64,000 nucleotides of DNA from Ignavibacteriales bacterium (GTDB lineage Bacteria; Bacteroidota; Ignavibacteria; Ignavibacteriales; SURF-24): assembly GCA_036261625.1 (NCBI GenBank), contig DATAKL010000009.1, forward strand, positions 1,990 through 65,989. Direction: 5' to 3'. Below the pieces are notes generated by a model that made no database searches, was not told the origin of the DNA, and saw only the letters and a list, made by a program, of their open reading frames with translations. The translations under genes and the position numbers were made by a program. Shown here piece after piece: positions 9,200 through 18,284 of this stretch (position 1 is its first letter; each line of letters starts with the position of its first letter).

Positions 9200-10885
9200 A
9201 TGAAGTTAAGCAAAGCTTTTATTCCGACCTTAAAAGAGGTCCCGACTGACGCAATAATTCCAAGCCACATTTTAATGCTCCGTACCGGCATGGTGCGCAT
9301 GCTTTCAGCTGGAATTTATTCATTTCTGCCATTGGGCTATACAGTGGTTAAGAAGGTTGTTGAAATCATCCGCGAGGAGATGGATGCCATAGGCGGACAG
9401 GAATTCCACCTTCCGGCCTTAAACCCGAGGGAAATCTGGGAAGAGACAAACCGCGTTGAGGCCTTCGGCGACACCATGTTCCACATTAAAAACAGGGAAT
9501 ACGTCCTGGCCCCGACACACGAGGAAATAATGACTTACCACGCCAAGGGTGTCGTTAAATCCTATAAGGATATGCCGCAGATCTGGTACCAGATACAGAC
9601 AAAGTTCAGAAATGAAGCGCGCCCAAAAAGCGGTGTTATAAGAGGCCGTCAGTTCTTAATGAAAGACGCTTATTCATTCGATACTTCATGGGAAAACCTG
9701 GACAAGTCCTACGCCCTGCACGACGGGGCCTACAGGAGGATATTCGACCGCTGCGGCCTCAAGTATTTTGTTGTCGGTGCTTCCTCGGGCGCCATGGGAG
9801 GCAGCCGCTCGGAAGAATTCATGGTTAAATCGGAGGCAGGTGAAGATACCGTGGCACATTGCGAAATGTGCGGATACGCTGCAAACGTAGAGGTTGCAAC
9901 CTCTGTTGTAGACGGCGCTCCAAGATCCCAGGAGTCACTTGAAATAAATGAAATCTCAACTCCCAATGTGAAGTCAATTGATGAACTTTGTGAGTTCCTA
10001 AAGATAAATGAGACTCAGTGCGCAAAGTCGAGAGTTTATATCCATAACGATCAGCCGGTATTAGTCCTTATGCTTGGAAACGACGAAGTAAATGAGACCA
10101 AGCTTGGAAGTGTCCTTCCGGGCACGTTAAGACCGGGGCATCCTGATGAACTGAAAGAAATTACGGGCGCTGAAGCAGGCTCAATTGGTCCTATCGGTTT
10201 TAAGGGAAGAATTATTGCAGACCTCCGCTTAAAAGACGCAAATAATCTCTATAGCGGCGCAAACAAAAACGACTATCATATCGGCGGAATTGACATGACC
10301 CGTGACGTCCCAAGTGCCGAATACTTCGACTTAAGAACCGTTCAGGCAGGCGAGACCTGTACAAGGTGCGGCGGAACGCTCGACGTATTTAAGGCAATTG
10401 AGCTTGGACACATTTTTAAGCTCGGAACAAAGTATTCTGAAGCCATGGGAGCCACTTTCCTGGATGAACAGGGAAAAGTTAACCCGATCATCATGGGCAG
10501 CTACGGCATTGGCGTTGAACGCGTTATTGCGTGCTACATCGAACAGCACCACGACGAAAAAGGGATCGTCTGGGATAAGACACTGGCCCCGTACCAGATC
10601 CACCTCATGGGCCTTAACATGAAAAAACAGGAAGTCATAGACGCATCAAACAGGATCTATAAGGATCTTGAGGCTATGAACTACGACGTTCTTTTTGACG
10701 ACAGGGTGGATGCACAGGCAGGCTTCAAGTTTAATGATGCCGACCTTTTGGGGCTCCCCATCCAGGTAATTGTAGGCGACAAGAACCTGAAGGAAAACAA
10801 GGTTGAAGTAAAGGTAAGGGAAACAGGGGAACGCTTTACAATTGAAATTGACAGGCTTTATGATAAATTAAGAGAGCTTATTTAA
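9200..10885 (+). CDS. proS: proline--tRNA ligase
   Basis: Class II aaRS motifs FRNEARPKSGVIRGRQFLMKDAYSF and GSYGIGVERV, plus a C-terminal anticodon-binding domain. ATG at 9200 preferred over the upstream TTG. Confidence 0.95.
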   Translation: MKLSKAFIPTLKEVPTDAIIPSHILMLRTGMVRMLSAGIYSFLPLGYTVVKKVVEIIREEMDAIGGQEFHLPALNPREIWEETNRVEAFGDTMFHIKNREYVLAPTHEEIMTYHAKGVVKSYKDMPQIWYQIQTKFRNEARPKSGVIRGRQFLMKDAYSFDTSWENLDKSYALHDGAYRRIFDRCGLKYFVVGASSGAMGGSRSEEFMVKSEAGEDTVAHCEMCGYAANVEVATSVVDGAPRSQESLEINEISTPNVKSIDELCEFLKINETQCAKSRVYIHNDQPVLVLMLGNDEVNETKLGSVLPGTLRPGHPDELKEITGAEAGSIGPIGFKGRIIADLRLKDANNLYSGANKNDYHIGGIDMTRDVPSAEYFDLRTVQAGETCTRCGGTLDVFKAIELGHIFKLGTKYSEAMGATFLDEQGKVNPIIMGSYGIGVERVIACYIEQHHDEKGIVWDKTLAPYQIHLMGLNMKKQEVIDASNRIYKDLEAMNYDVLFDDRVDAQAGFKFNDADLLGLPIQVIVGDKNLKENKVEVKVRETGERFTIEIDRLYDKLRELI

Positions 10886-10939
10886 TTTAATTCCTGGTAA
10901 TTTGAAATTAAGGCATGCAGAAGGAATAACAAACTTCTC

Positions 10940-11224
10940 ATGCCTTATTTTATAAAATATACAATGAACGATATCTATATTTATTCTGAAGAAAACCTGC
11001 TTGAGCAGATTCAGTCAGGGACATATGAACTTGGGTTTTATAAGGTGAGGTTCTATACCGAAGAGGGACGCCTCGCAGAAAGAAAAACCGATACAATTTC
11101 CGATTTCTATCTCTATCCAAGCGGCGGGGCCTTAAGAGATGAAAATATGAACATTGTGCTTTACAACTCCAGGTTCGATACCTACAGAGGGTTCGTTCCT
11201 CCTCATAAAAACAAGGAAAAATAA
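10940..11224 (+). CDS. hypothetical protein
   Basis: 94-aa ORF filling the proS-rsmI gap on the same strand. No recognisable motif. Confidence 0.35.
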   Translation: MPYFIKYTMNDIYIYSEENLLEQIQSGTYELGFYKVRFYTEEGRLAERKTDTISDFYLYPSGGALRDENMNIVLYNSRFDTYRGFVPPHKNKEK

Positions 11225-11233
11225 GTCTGACAT

Positions 11234-11923
11234 ATGGACAACGGCAAGCTTTATCTCGTCTCAACACCTATCGGCAACTACGATGACATTACACTCAGGG
11301 CGCTGAACACGCTGAAATCGGCAGATTTCATCATCTGCGAGGAATTCAAGGAAGCCCGCAGGCTTCTTTCACAGTATAAAATTGAAAAAGAACTCCTATC
11401 CCTCAATGAGCACAACGAAAATGAAGGCGCCAACGACATTCTGCTAAGAATTGTGCAGGGGGAGTCGGCAGCTTTGATCTCAGACTGCGGAACGCCATTG
11501 TTCTCAGATCCAGGGCATCTTCTGGTGGACCTGTGCATAAGCCAGAAAATTGACGTAGTACCGGTTCCGGGCGCCAATTCGCTTCTGCCCGCCCTGACAG
11601 CCTCGGGCTTCGACTTTGAAAAATTCTACTTCTACGGCTGGCTTTCACCTAAAAAAGACGAACGCCGGGCTGAACTTGTAAAGCTCAAGGCAGTTAACGA
11701 GGTGATTGTTCTTATGGATACCCCCTACCGCCTGAAAACGCTCCTTCAGGACGTTGAAAAAGTCTTCGGCGCAGGCCTAAGGGTGGCTCTCGGGTATAAT
11801 CTCACAATGAAGGATGAGAAGTTCTTCCGCGGCACGGTCTCCCAGGTGCTGGAGACAGCAGAAAAAAGGCAGCTCAAGGGGGAATTTGTGCTCGTTATCA
11901 ATAACAAAAGATTCAGACGTTAG
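11234..11923 (+). CDS. rsmI: tetrapyrrole-methylase-fold SAM methyltransferase, RsmI-like (16S rRNA C1402 2'-O-methyltransferase family)
   Basis: N-terminus KLYLVSTPIGNYDDITLRALNTLKSADFIICE and SDCGTPLFSDPG match the RsmI pattern. At 229 aa it is shorter than E. coli RsmI. Confidence 0.65.
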   Translation: MDNGKLYLVSTPIGNYDDITLRALNTLKSADFIICEEFKEARRLLSQYKIEKELLSLNEHNENEGANDILLRIVQGESAALISDCGTPLFSDPGHLLVDLCISQKIDVVPVPGANSLLPALTASGFDFEKFYFYGWLSPKKDERRAELVKLKAVNEVIVLMDTPYRLKTLLQDVEKVFGAGLRVALGYNLTMKDEKFFRGTVSQVLETAEKRQLKGEFVLVINNKRFRR

Positions 11924-12050
11924 TATTAAAGAGCTATGTTGTCTTTTCCCATTGATTTAGCGCGGGAATTTTGATAAAATTAGGGTAGCTTTTGAACTTT
12001 GAATTGTAAAACCGGGTTTTGCTGAATAATAGAATATAATTGGAGGAAAC

Positions 12051-12596
12051 ATGTTAAGAGTTCAGGATGTGGATTTAACGCCGAATCCCCAGGCTCTGAA
12101 ATTTATATTAAGCGAAAAACTGCTTAAAAGAGAGACAAGACACTTTAAGAATAGAGAAGAGGCCCAGGCAGACCCCCTGGCAAAAGGCATTTTTGAGATC
12201 GAAGGGGTTGAATCTGTCTTTTATATGGATAAATTCGTAACCGTCGAGAAAAACCCCGCAGTTGACTGGGGCAAAATACAGATGCCTTTTATTAAGTTTA
12301 TACAGGGTTTCGATAAAGCGCTCCTTCCTGAGGAAAAAGAACCGGAGCCTTTAGGAAAAGAAGAAGAAGGCGAGCTTTTAAGGCTGATTAATGCTTTTCT
12401 GGATCAGAGAGTGCGCCCTGCCCTGGCCGGCGACGGCGGAGGTCTGGAAGTAATTGGTATAGACGGCTACCTGCTGCGCATCCGCTACCAGGGTGCATGC
12501 GGAAGCTGCCCGAGCTCGATAAGCGGTACACTGAACGCCATTGAAAACCTGCTTAAACGCGAAATTAATCCGGCAATTGAAGTTATTCCGGGATGA
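12051..12596 (+). CDS. NifU/Nfu-type iron-sulfur cluster scaffold protein
   Basis: Nfu_N-like N-terminal half and a C-terminal NifU domain with CGSCPSS (CxxC). Confidence 0.8.
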   Translation: MLRVQDVDLTPNPQALKFILSEKLLKRETRHFKNREEAQADPLAKGIFEIEGVESVFYMDKFVTVEKNPAVDWGKIQMPFIKFIQGFDKALLPEEKEPEPLGKEEEGELLRLINAFLDQRVRPALAGDGGGLEVIGIDGYLLRIRYQGACGSCPSSISGTLNAIENLLKREINPAIEVIPG

Positions 12597-12643
12597 TAAT
12601 TCTCCGCACAGAGTAAATCGTTCTTAAAATAGATTAAATTATA

Positions 12644-12676
12644 AAAGCCGTCCCGAAAAACTTTCGGGACGGCTTT
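12644..12676 (+). terminator. intrinsic terminator-like hairpin after the Nfu gene
   Basis: AAAGCCGTCCCGAAA-aac-TTTCGGGACGGCTTT, a 15-bp perfect stem. Confidence 0.65.
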
Positions 12677-12701
12677 CAATTTATCTGGTACAAATAAAAA
12701 A

Positions 12702-12720
12702 AGCGGTGCTTAAAACCGCT
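12702..12720 (-). terminator. intrinsic terminator of the small minus-strand ORF
   Basis: AGCGGT-gcttaaa-ACCGCT. A run of T follows on the minus strand (A-run 12695-12701 on plus). Confidence 0.55.
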
Positions 12721-12746
12721 CTTTTCAAAGTAAGTCTATTCAATAA

Positions 12747-12911
12747 TTACTTTATATCGGTTACTTTGCTGACGTCGTCAAGACGGACAAACTTTTCCTG
12801 GAATTTTGTGCTTCCTTCATCTGACTTGAATGCCTTAATAACCTTTACATTAACTCCTGAAGACTTTGCCTTGTTTTTCGACTTGTCGCCAAAGGTTTGT
12901 TGTTTAGCCAT
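12747..12911 (-). CDS. small basic protein, DUF4295-like (below the ORF-track cutoff)
   Basis: Hand-translated 54 aa: MAKQQTFGDKSKNKAKSSGVNVKVIKAFKSDEGSTKFQEKFVRLDDVSKVTDIK. It resembles small Lys-rich DUF4295 proteins of Bacteroidota. It has its own terminator and an AT-rich upstream region. Confidence 0.55.
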   Translation of the reverse strand: MAKQQTFGDKSKNKAKSSGVNVKVIKAFKSDEGSTKFQEKFVRLDDVSKVTDIK

Positions 12912-13137
12912 CTTTTACTCCATTGAATTTATTCTCCCAAATATAAAAATATTCAGAATCAAAAAAAAGCGCTAAAGTATACAAAAATAGGGCTCTGAAA
13001 ATTGCATAATATTGGATTTGGAGTTTTTTTTGCTTAATCTTTAAATTATAAAGTCTTTGATTCTTTATTCTGTACGCCTTTGTCCGGGAGGCAGAAAGGC
13101 TTTGTAAGATCATTATCCGGAAATTAAAAGGGTTTTT

Positions 13138-14628
13138 ATGTCGACATTAGAAAAAACTTATAAATTTTCTGAAAAGTATCCAAATATCAAATATAAGCGT
13201 CTGGGAAAAACAGGTTATCAGGTTTCCATTTGCGGATTCGGAACCTACAGGGTGGACTACAGGATCCCCGAGCACGTTAAGGCGCTAAGCTATGCCATCC
13301 AGAGCGGCATTAACCTCGTTGATACTTCTTCCAATTACTCCGACGGCGGAAGTGAAACCCTTGTGGGCAACGCCGTAAACGGCCTGATTGAAACAGGCGG
13401 CCTTGACCGCGATGAGATTGTAATTGTATCCAAAGGGGGATACATACAGGGGCAAAATCAGGAACTGGCTATGGAAAAAGAAAGGCTGGGGCACGCTTAT
13501 CCCGAGATCGTCCGCTGCGCACCGGACTTGTGGCACAGCATACACCCGGAATTTCTTCACGACCAGATCACCTCCTCACTTGAAAAGTTAAAGCAGGATC
13601 ACATAGACGTCTACCTTCTGCATAATCCCGAGTACTTCCTCATGTATACGGGAACGCGTGACCTCGGGAAATTAAGGGAAGAATATTACAGAAGAATTAA
13701 AACGGCTTTTGAGTACCTGGAAGAGGAAGTCCGGAAAGGAAGAATACTCCACTACGGAATATCTTCCAACACTTTCGGAGAGGAGGAAGACAAAAGAAGC
13801 TTTACCTCGCTTGAGGAGGTCTTAAAGCTCTCAGAAAAAATCTCCCCTGAAAACCATTTCTCCGTTGTGCAGCTCCCGATGAACCTGCTTGAAAAAGGGG
13901 GAGCCGACAACTTTAACCAGCAGAAGGGAAAGAAAACTTTCCTCGAACTGGCCTCTGAAAACGATCTGGGCGTGCTCGTAAACCGCCCGCTTAACGCCAT
14001 CAGGGGAAATAAGATCGTAAGGCTGGCAGATTTTAACGTGAAAGAGGACCGCTCGGTGCCCGAGATCAATCAGCTTATTGGCGACCTGAAGAAACAGGAA
14101 GACACGATAAAGGCGTCCTATGTAAGCGACCTTTCAATTAAGGCAAAAGACAAAGAGACGATACTTGAATCGATGTCGCTTGCTTCTGTTCTGGAGAACA
14201 CTTTTAATAAATTTGAAAGCGCCAACCAGTTCATAGAGATTAAAAAACAGTTTTTTATTCCGAGGGCCAATTACGCCATAAATGAAATTTATAAACATCA
14301 CGACAACGAAGAGGATGTGATCTCAAAGCTGAACTTCTATGCCACTACAGTTAATATTGTGCTCGACTCGATGGAAAGCGTTTTTGCCAGACAGTCCAAC
14401 AGCAGGAACCAGAAGGTCCACAAGATGATTGAGCCATACCTGAACGGAAGCTCTAAAGACCTTACGCTTTCACAGAAGGCGATCCTTTTGATTAACTCCC
14501 TGCCCGGGGTTACAAGCACACTTGTAGGCATGCGCTCAATGAAGTATATTGATGACGTCATAGGATCTATTGAAACCCCTTATGCACAGAAGGCCCTTGA
14601 GTTCTGGAAAGAAGAAATGAAAGACTAA
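13138..14628 (+). CDS. aldo/keto reductase family oxidoreductase with C-terminal extension
   Basis: The N-terminal ~330 aa show the AKR pattern (GFGTYRV, LVDTSSNYSDGGSE, DVYLLHNPE). The ~160-aa C-terminal part is unassigned. Confidence 0.75.
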   Translation: MSTLEKTYKFSEKYPNIKYKRLGKTGYQVSICGFGTYRVDYRIPEHVKALSYAIQSGINLVDTSSNYSDGGSETLVGNAVNGLIETGGLDRDEIVIVSKGGYIQGQNQELAMEKERLGHAYPEIVRCAPDLWHSIHPEFLHDQITSSLEKLKQDHIDVYLLHNPEYFLMYTGTRDLGKLREEYYRRIKTAFEYLEEEVRKGRILHYGISSNTFGEEEDKRSFTSLEEVLKLSEKISPENHFSVVQLPMNLLEKGGADNFNQQKGKKTFLELASENDLGVLVNRPLNAIRGNKIVRLADFNVKEDRSVPEINQLIGDLKKQEDTIKASYVSDLSIKAKDKETILESMSLASVLENTFNKFESANQFIEIKKQFFIPRANYAINEIYKHHDNEEDVISKLNFYATTVNIVLDSMESVFARQSNSRNQKVHKMIEPYLNGSSKDLTLSQKAILLINSLPGVTSTLVGMRSMKYIDDVIGSIETPYAQKALEFWKEEMKD

Positions 14629-14658
14629 CAAAGGACTTCACAATAAAAGCGGATTATT

Positions 14659-15519
14659 ATGGATATCTCACGGTTCCTTGTAAAGCCTGACAGTTCAGTA
14701 AAACTGAAGGACTATAAGACAGACAATACTAATGGCTATAAGTCGAAGACGGATGCCGAAGGAAAACTTGCAGACAATATTACACAAATGGATGACCTGC
14801 AGGCCAGACTCTATGCGCAGGATAAGTATTCGCTTCTCCTGGTCTTCCAGGCAATGGACGGCGGCGGCAAAGACAGCGCCATTAAGCACGTTATGAGCGG
14901 ACTGAACCCGCAGGGTACGCAGGTCTTCAGCTTCAAGCAGCCTTCGAAGGAAGAGCTGGATCACGGCTATTTGTGGAGAATAAGTAAAGCCCTCCCGGAA
15001 AAAGGAAGAATCGGGATCTTTAACCGCTCGCACTATGAGGAGGTCCTGATTGTAAGAGTGCACGGCCTGCAGAATCAGGAGAGGCTGCCCGACTGGGTAC
15101 TTAACGACGATATCTGGAAGATGCGCTACAGGCAGATCAACGACTTTGAACGCTATCTTTATGAGACAGGCACCTTTATCGTTAAATTCTTTCTTAATAT
15201 TTCCAGGGATGAACAGAAAAAAAGATTCCTCAAAAGAATTGAGGATCCGGCAAAGAACTGGAAGATCACTGAAGAGGATATTGCCGAGCGTGCGTACTGG
15301 AATGACTACCAGAAGTGCTACCAGGAGGCAATTTCTAAAACCAGCACGAAGCACGCCCCGTGGTACATTATTCCTGGTGATAAAAAGTGGTTTGCCCACC
15401 TTGCAGTCTCCGAGGTCATTGTCGAGACGTTGAAATCTATGAATATAAATTTCCCCAAAGTTGAGGGTAAACAGCTGGAGGAGCTGGGCAGACTTAAGGA
15501 TAAATTAACCAAAGAATAA
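14659..15519 (+). CDS. polyphosphate kinase 2 (PPK2) family protein
   Basis: PPK2 P-loop FQAMDGGGKDS, FNRSHYEEV and the lid region. Length of 286 aa is typical. Confidence 0.9.
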   Translation: MDISRFLVKPDSSVKLKDYKTDNTNGYKSKTDAEGKLADNITQMDDLQARLYAQDKYSLLLVFQAMDGGGKDSAIKHVMSGLNPQGTQVFSFKQPSKEELDHGYLWRISKALPEKGRIGIFNRSHYEEVLIVRVHGLQNQERLPDWVLNDDIWKMRYRQINDFERYLYETGTFIVKFFLNISRDEQKKRFLKRIEDPAKNWKITEEDIAERAYWNDYQKCYQEAISKTSTKHAPWYIIPGDKKWFAHLAVSEVIVETLKSMNINFPKVEGKQLEELGRLKDKLTKE

Positions 15520-15531
15520 AGCAGAATATAT

Positions 15532-16134
15532 ATGAGAAATTTTTACAGGTTACTTCCCCTGTTTTTTTTCTTTCTTGCACTCCTCACCTCCGGATGCAAA
15601 GATAAACTGCCCGTAAAGGATGACCTTTCAAATGCGCACTACGTCTTTTTAACACAGGACAGCAGCCGCGTTGTTTTTCCTCAGAACGTGAAAGGCAAAG
15701 TCGTAGTGCTGGGGCTCATATTCACGCACTGCCCCGACATATGTCCTCTTATTACAAACAATATGGAGCGCATACAGAAGGAGGCAAAAAAAGAGGGGAT
15801 AAATGACATATCGTTTGTCTCAATCAGCTTCGATCCTTTAAGAGACAGGCCTTCGGTCCTGAAGGAATATGCCGATGTAAGAGAAATCGACACGTCAAAC
15901 TGGGTGTTTCTTACCGGCAGGCAGAGTGAAATCGATTCTCTTAAGAAACAGCTCCATTATGTATCTATTGCAGGAGATACGACTTATTCGGAATCGGGTG
16001 AGCCGTCGTACTTTTTCGTCCACACCGACCGTATAACCCTGATGGATAAAGAGGGGAGAACAAGGCAGGAATACAAAGGAAGCAGCCTAAACGTTGATGA
16101 AGTAATGAAAGACATAAAAACTCTTTCCGACTGA
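15532..16134 (+). CDS. SCO1/SenC family copper chaperone (lipoprotein)
   Basis: Lipobox LLTSGC, thioredoxin fold with the CPDICP (CxxxC) copper site and a downstream His. Confidence 0.85.
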   Translation: MRNFYRLLPLFFFFLALLTSGCKDKLPVKDDLSNAHYVFLTQDSSRVVFPQNVKGKVVVLGLIFTHCPDICPLITNNMERIQKEAKKEGINDISFVSISFDPLRDRPSVLKEYADVREIDTSNWVFLTGRQSEIDSLKKQLHYVSIAGDTTYSESGEPSYFFVHTDRITLMDKEGRTRQEYKGSSLNVDEVMKDIKTLSD

Positions 16135-16164
16135 GAGAGAGAGATCTTAAAAGGAGGTATTGAA

Positions 16165-16572
16165 GTGTTTATCTTAATCGTGCTTATGATGATAATGCCT
16201 TTTCAGCAGAAGGCTCAGATTGAAGTTAAGAACGCCTGGATGAGGCCCGGGGCAAAGGACATGAATTCAGCGCTCTATTTTGAAGTCATAAACCGCTCCA
16301 ATAAGGCCGATACATTATATGATGTAAAATCGGATCTCGCACAGAAAGTTGAGATGCATGAGACCTACAGGCAGGGCGACATGATGGGCATGCGCCCGGT
16401 TAAAATGGTTGCCGTCGGCGCAAACTCTTCTTTTAAGTTTGAGCCCGGAGGGCATCACATAATGTTCATTAATCTTAAGAAGAATTTAAAGAAAGGATCC
16501 CCGGGCGGCGAAGTGACCCTTTATTTCAGGCATGCGGGACAAATAAAGATCAAACCGGAAGTAAAGAAGTAA
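16165..16572 (+). CDS. PCu(A)C-type periplasmic copper chaperone (DUF461)
   Basis: Met/His-rich motif VEMHETYRQGDMMGMRPV ... GGHHIMF. Sits immediately after the SCO gene. Confidence 0.75.
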   Translation: MFILIVLMMIMPFQQKAQIEVKNAWMRPGAKDMNSALYFEVINRSNKADTLYDVKSDLAQKVEMHETYRQGDMMGMRPVKMVAVGANSSFKFEPGGHHIMFINLKKNLKKGSPGGEVTLYFRHAGQIKIKPEVKK

Positions 16573-16668
16573 GAAATTTAGTGCCACAAAAGAAAAACCG
16601 CTTCAGGCCTTATGTGCCAACTCAATTAAAAGGCCGATGAAAGGTAAGCATCTTAAATGGAAGTTATT

Positions 16669-16926
16669 AAGCCCCGATGAGGGGCGATTTGTCTATAGCC
16701 CGGAGTGACCAAACCCGCCTTTGGCGGGTGCGGGAACTCCCGGGTAACGAATTCCCCAAATTCCCCAGAGCCCCGAGAGGGGCGATTTGTTCGGCCCGTA
16801 TTTATACAAGTCGCCCCTCTCGGGGCTCTTTTGGGGTGGGGGGATCCGTTTCCCAGGGGTTCAGTCGCCCCCATCCGGGGGCTTCCTCACCCCGGACTAT
16901 AGACAAATCGCCCCTCATCGGGGCTT
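16669..16926. repeat. 258-bp nested palindrome made of two inverted modular hairpin units (copy R2)
   Basis: 35-bp terminal inverted repeats, 16669-16703 vs 16892-16926, 34/35 complementary. Inner inverted pair GAGCCCCGAGAGGGGCGA (16768-16785) / TCGCCCCTCTCGGGGCTC (16811-16828). The right half has the same module order as R1, R3 and R4. Confidence 0.9.
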
Positions 16927-17120
16927 GTTAAATGCGTTAATCTGCATACTCTCCTTTCATTATTATTTTTGAATTAAATTAACGCCTCAGGCCTCATGAG
17001 GATTTCTTTCTTTTGTATTTTACTTATTCCTATAATTATTTAGATTTGCCATATTAGTCTAAAGAACTTTTTTTTTGGCTCCTTTTTTGGGAGTGAACTA
17101 AAATATAAAAGGAAAACATC

Positions 17121-18251
17121 GTGAGCACATTAGAAACTGCCCCGGCAGAAGAAATCCAGGAAAAAAGAATTGAAGTTCCTGTTAAGAAAGCCCGCATAGC
17201 TTCAATTGACGCTTTCCGCGGCTTTACGGTTCTTTCTATGATCTTTGTAATTCAGGTTGCCGGCTATACCAACCTGCCCTTTACACAATCCTGGTTCGGC
17301 AGCGCGCCGGTCTCACAGTTCCATCACGCAGGAGATGCCGTTGGAAGTACTAATGGCGTGGGACTGACATTTACAGATCTGGTTGCTCCTTTCTTTGTTT
17401 TTATTGTGGGCATGGTTCTTCCTTTAAGCCGGAAAAAACGCGGAGGCGAGTTCTGGAAACACGTGGGAACCAGGACTCTCCTTTTAATTGGCCTGGGCAT
17501 CTTATACATTTCCTTAATTCTTAATCTTTCCTATTGGTGGGGTATTCTTCAGGCCATTGGAATTGCCTATTTTATGGGGGCTTCACTGATGCTCGTTAAG
17601 CCTTCCTGGCGCTGGGCAGCGGTTGTTTTAATTGCAGGGTTCCACCAGGTAATGTCTATTGTTTTCCCCTGGTGGCTCAGCCTTGGCGACCCTACAAAAC
17701 CGTTTCTTACAATCACAAACCTTGCAGGCGATCCCCTGCGCCCTCTTACCGTGCACTGCACGCCATGGGCTTCAATCTCCTACGGCGTAATTACTGTAAT
17801 CGGCACATTCTTAGGTGAAGCCGTACTGACACGCGATCCGAAAAAAATTATCAGACAGTCGGTTATAATGGGCATTGTTCTCTGCACGGCAGGATACCTT
17901 CTGCATCTCTATCACTGGCCCTTGTTTGCAATGAACAAGCCAAACGTGTCAGCTTCATATGCAATATTTACTTCCGGCGTTGCATCTCTGACTTTTCTTA
18001 TTTTCTATCTCATAATGGATGTCTGGAAAGTTCAGAAATGGGCTTGGGCCTTTATGGTCTTCGGCTCAAATGCCCTTTTGGGTTACTTCCTGCAGCCGAT
18101 CGTAAGAATATTTCTTTTCGCCTTGGGCTTCAAGCCCTTCTTTTCGGGCCACAGCGGCTGGGATGGAATGCTCTTTGGACTCATATGGACGGCAATTATA
18201 TGGGTAGTGCTACTCTGGTGCAATAAACGGAATATATACTGGAAGATTTAA
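17121..18251 (+). CDS. polytopic membrane protein, DUF5009/heparan-alpha-glucosaminide N-acetyltransferase-like acyltransferase
   Basis: 376 aa, GTG start. RIASIDAFRGFTVLSMIFV motif and ~10 predicted TM helices. Confidence 0.6.
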   Translation: MSTLETAPAEEIQEKRIEVPVKKARIASIDAFRGFTVLSMIFVIQVAGYTNLPFTQSWFGSAPVSQFHHAGDAVGSTNGVGLTFTDLVAPFFVFIVGMVLPLSRKKRGGEFWKHVGTRTLLLIGLGILYISLILNLSYWWGILQAIGIAYFMGASLMLVKPSWRWAAVVLIAGFHQVMSIVFPWWLSLGDPTKPFLTITNLAGDPLRPLTVHCTPWASISYGVITVIGTFLGEAVLTRDPKKIIRQSVIMGIVLCTAGYLLHLYHWPLFAMNKPNVSASYAIFTSGVASLTFLIFYLIMDVWKVQKWAWAFMVFGSNALLGYFLQPIVRIFLFALGFKPFFSGHSGWDGMLFGLIWTAIIWVVLLWCNKRNIYWKI

Positions 18252-18284
18252 TAATTATAAAACATACTTTCCAACGGAGAAATA

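Noticed and set aside
12706-12975. 89-aa plus-strand ORF
   Set aside because: Low-complexity Leu/Phe/Ser translation that overlaps a better-supported minus-strand small ORF, which has its own terminator.
14695-15399. 234-aa ORF antisense to the PPK2 gene
   Set aside because: A shadow ORF opposite a gene with strong PPK2 motifs. Other long antisense or alternate-frame ORFs inside confidently called genes are rejected on the same grounds, e.g. 1659-2138, 5705-6133, 20917-21426, 30696-31166, 35275-35730, 41916-42203 and 61954-62397.
16653-16972. Four ORFs of 61-84 aa (16653-16874 minus; 16677-16931, 16705-16902 and 16787-16972 plus)
   Set aside because: They lie entirely inside the 258-bp palindrome and mirror each other on both strands with Gly/Pro/Arg-rich translations. 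These are artefacts of GC-rich inverted repeats.
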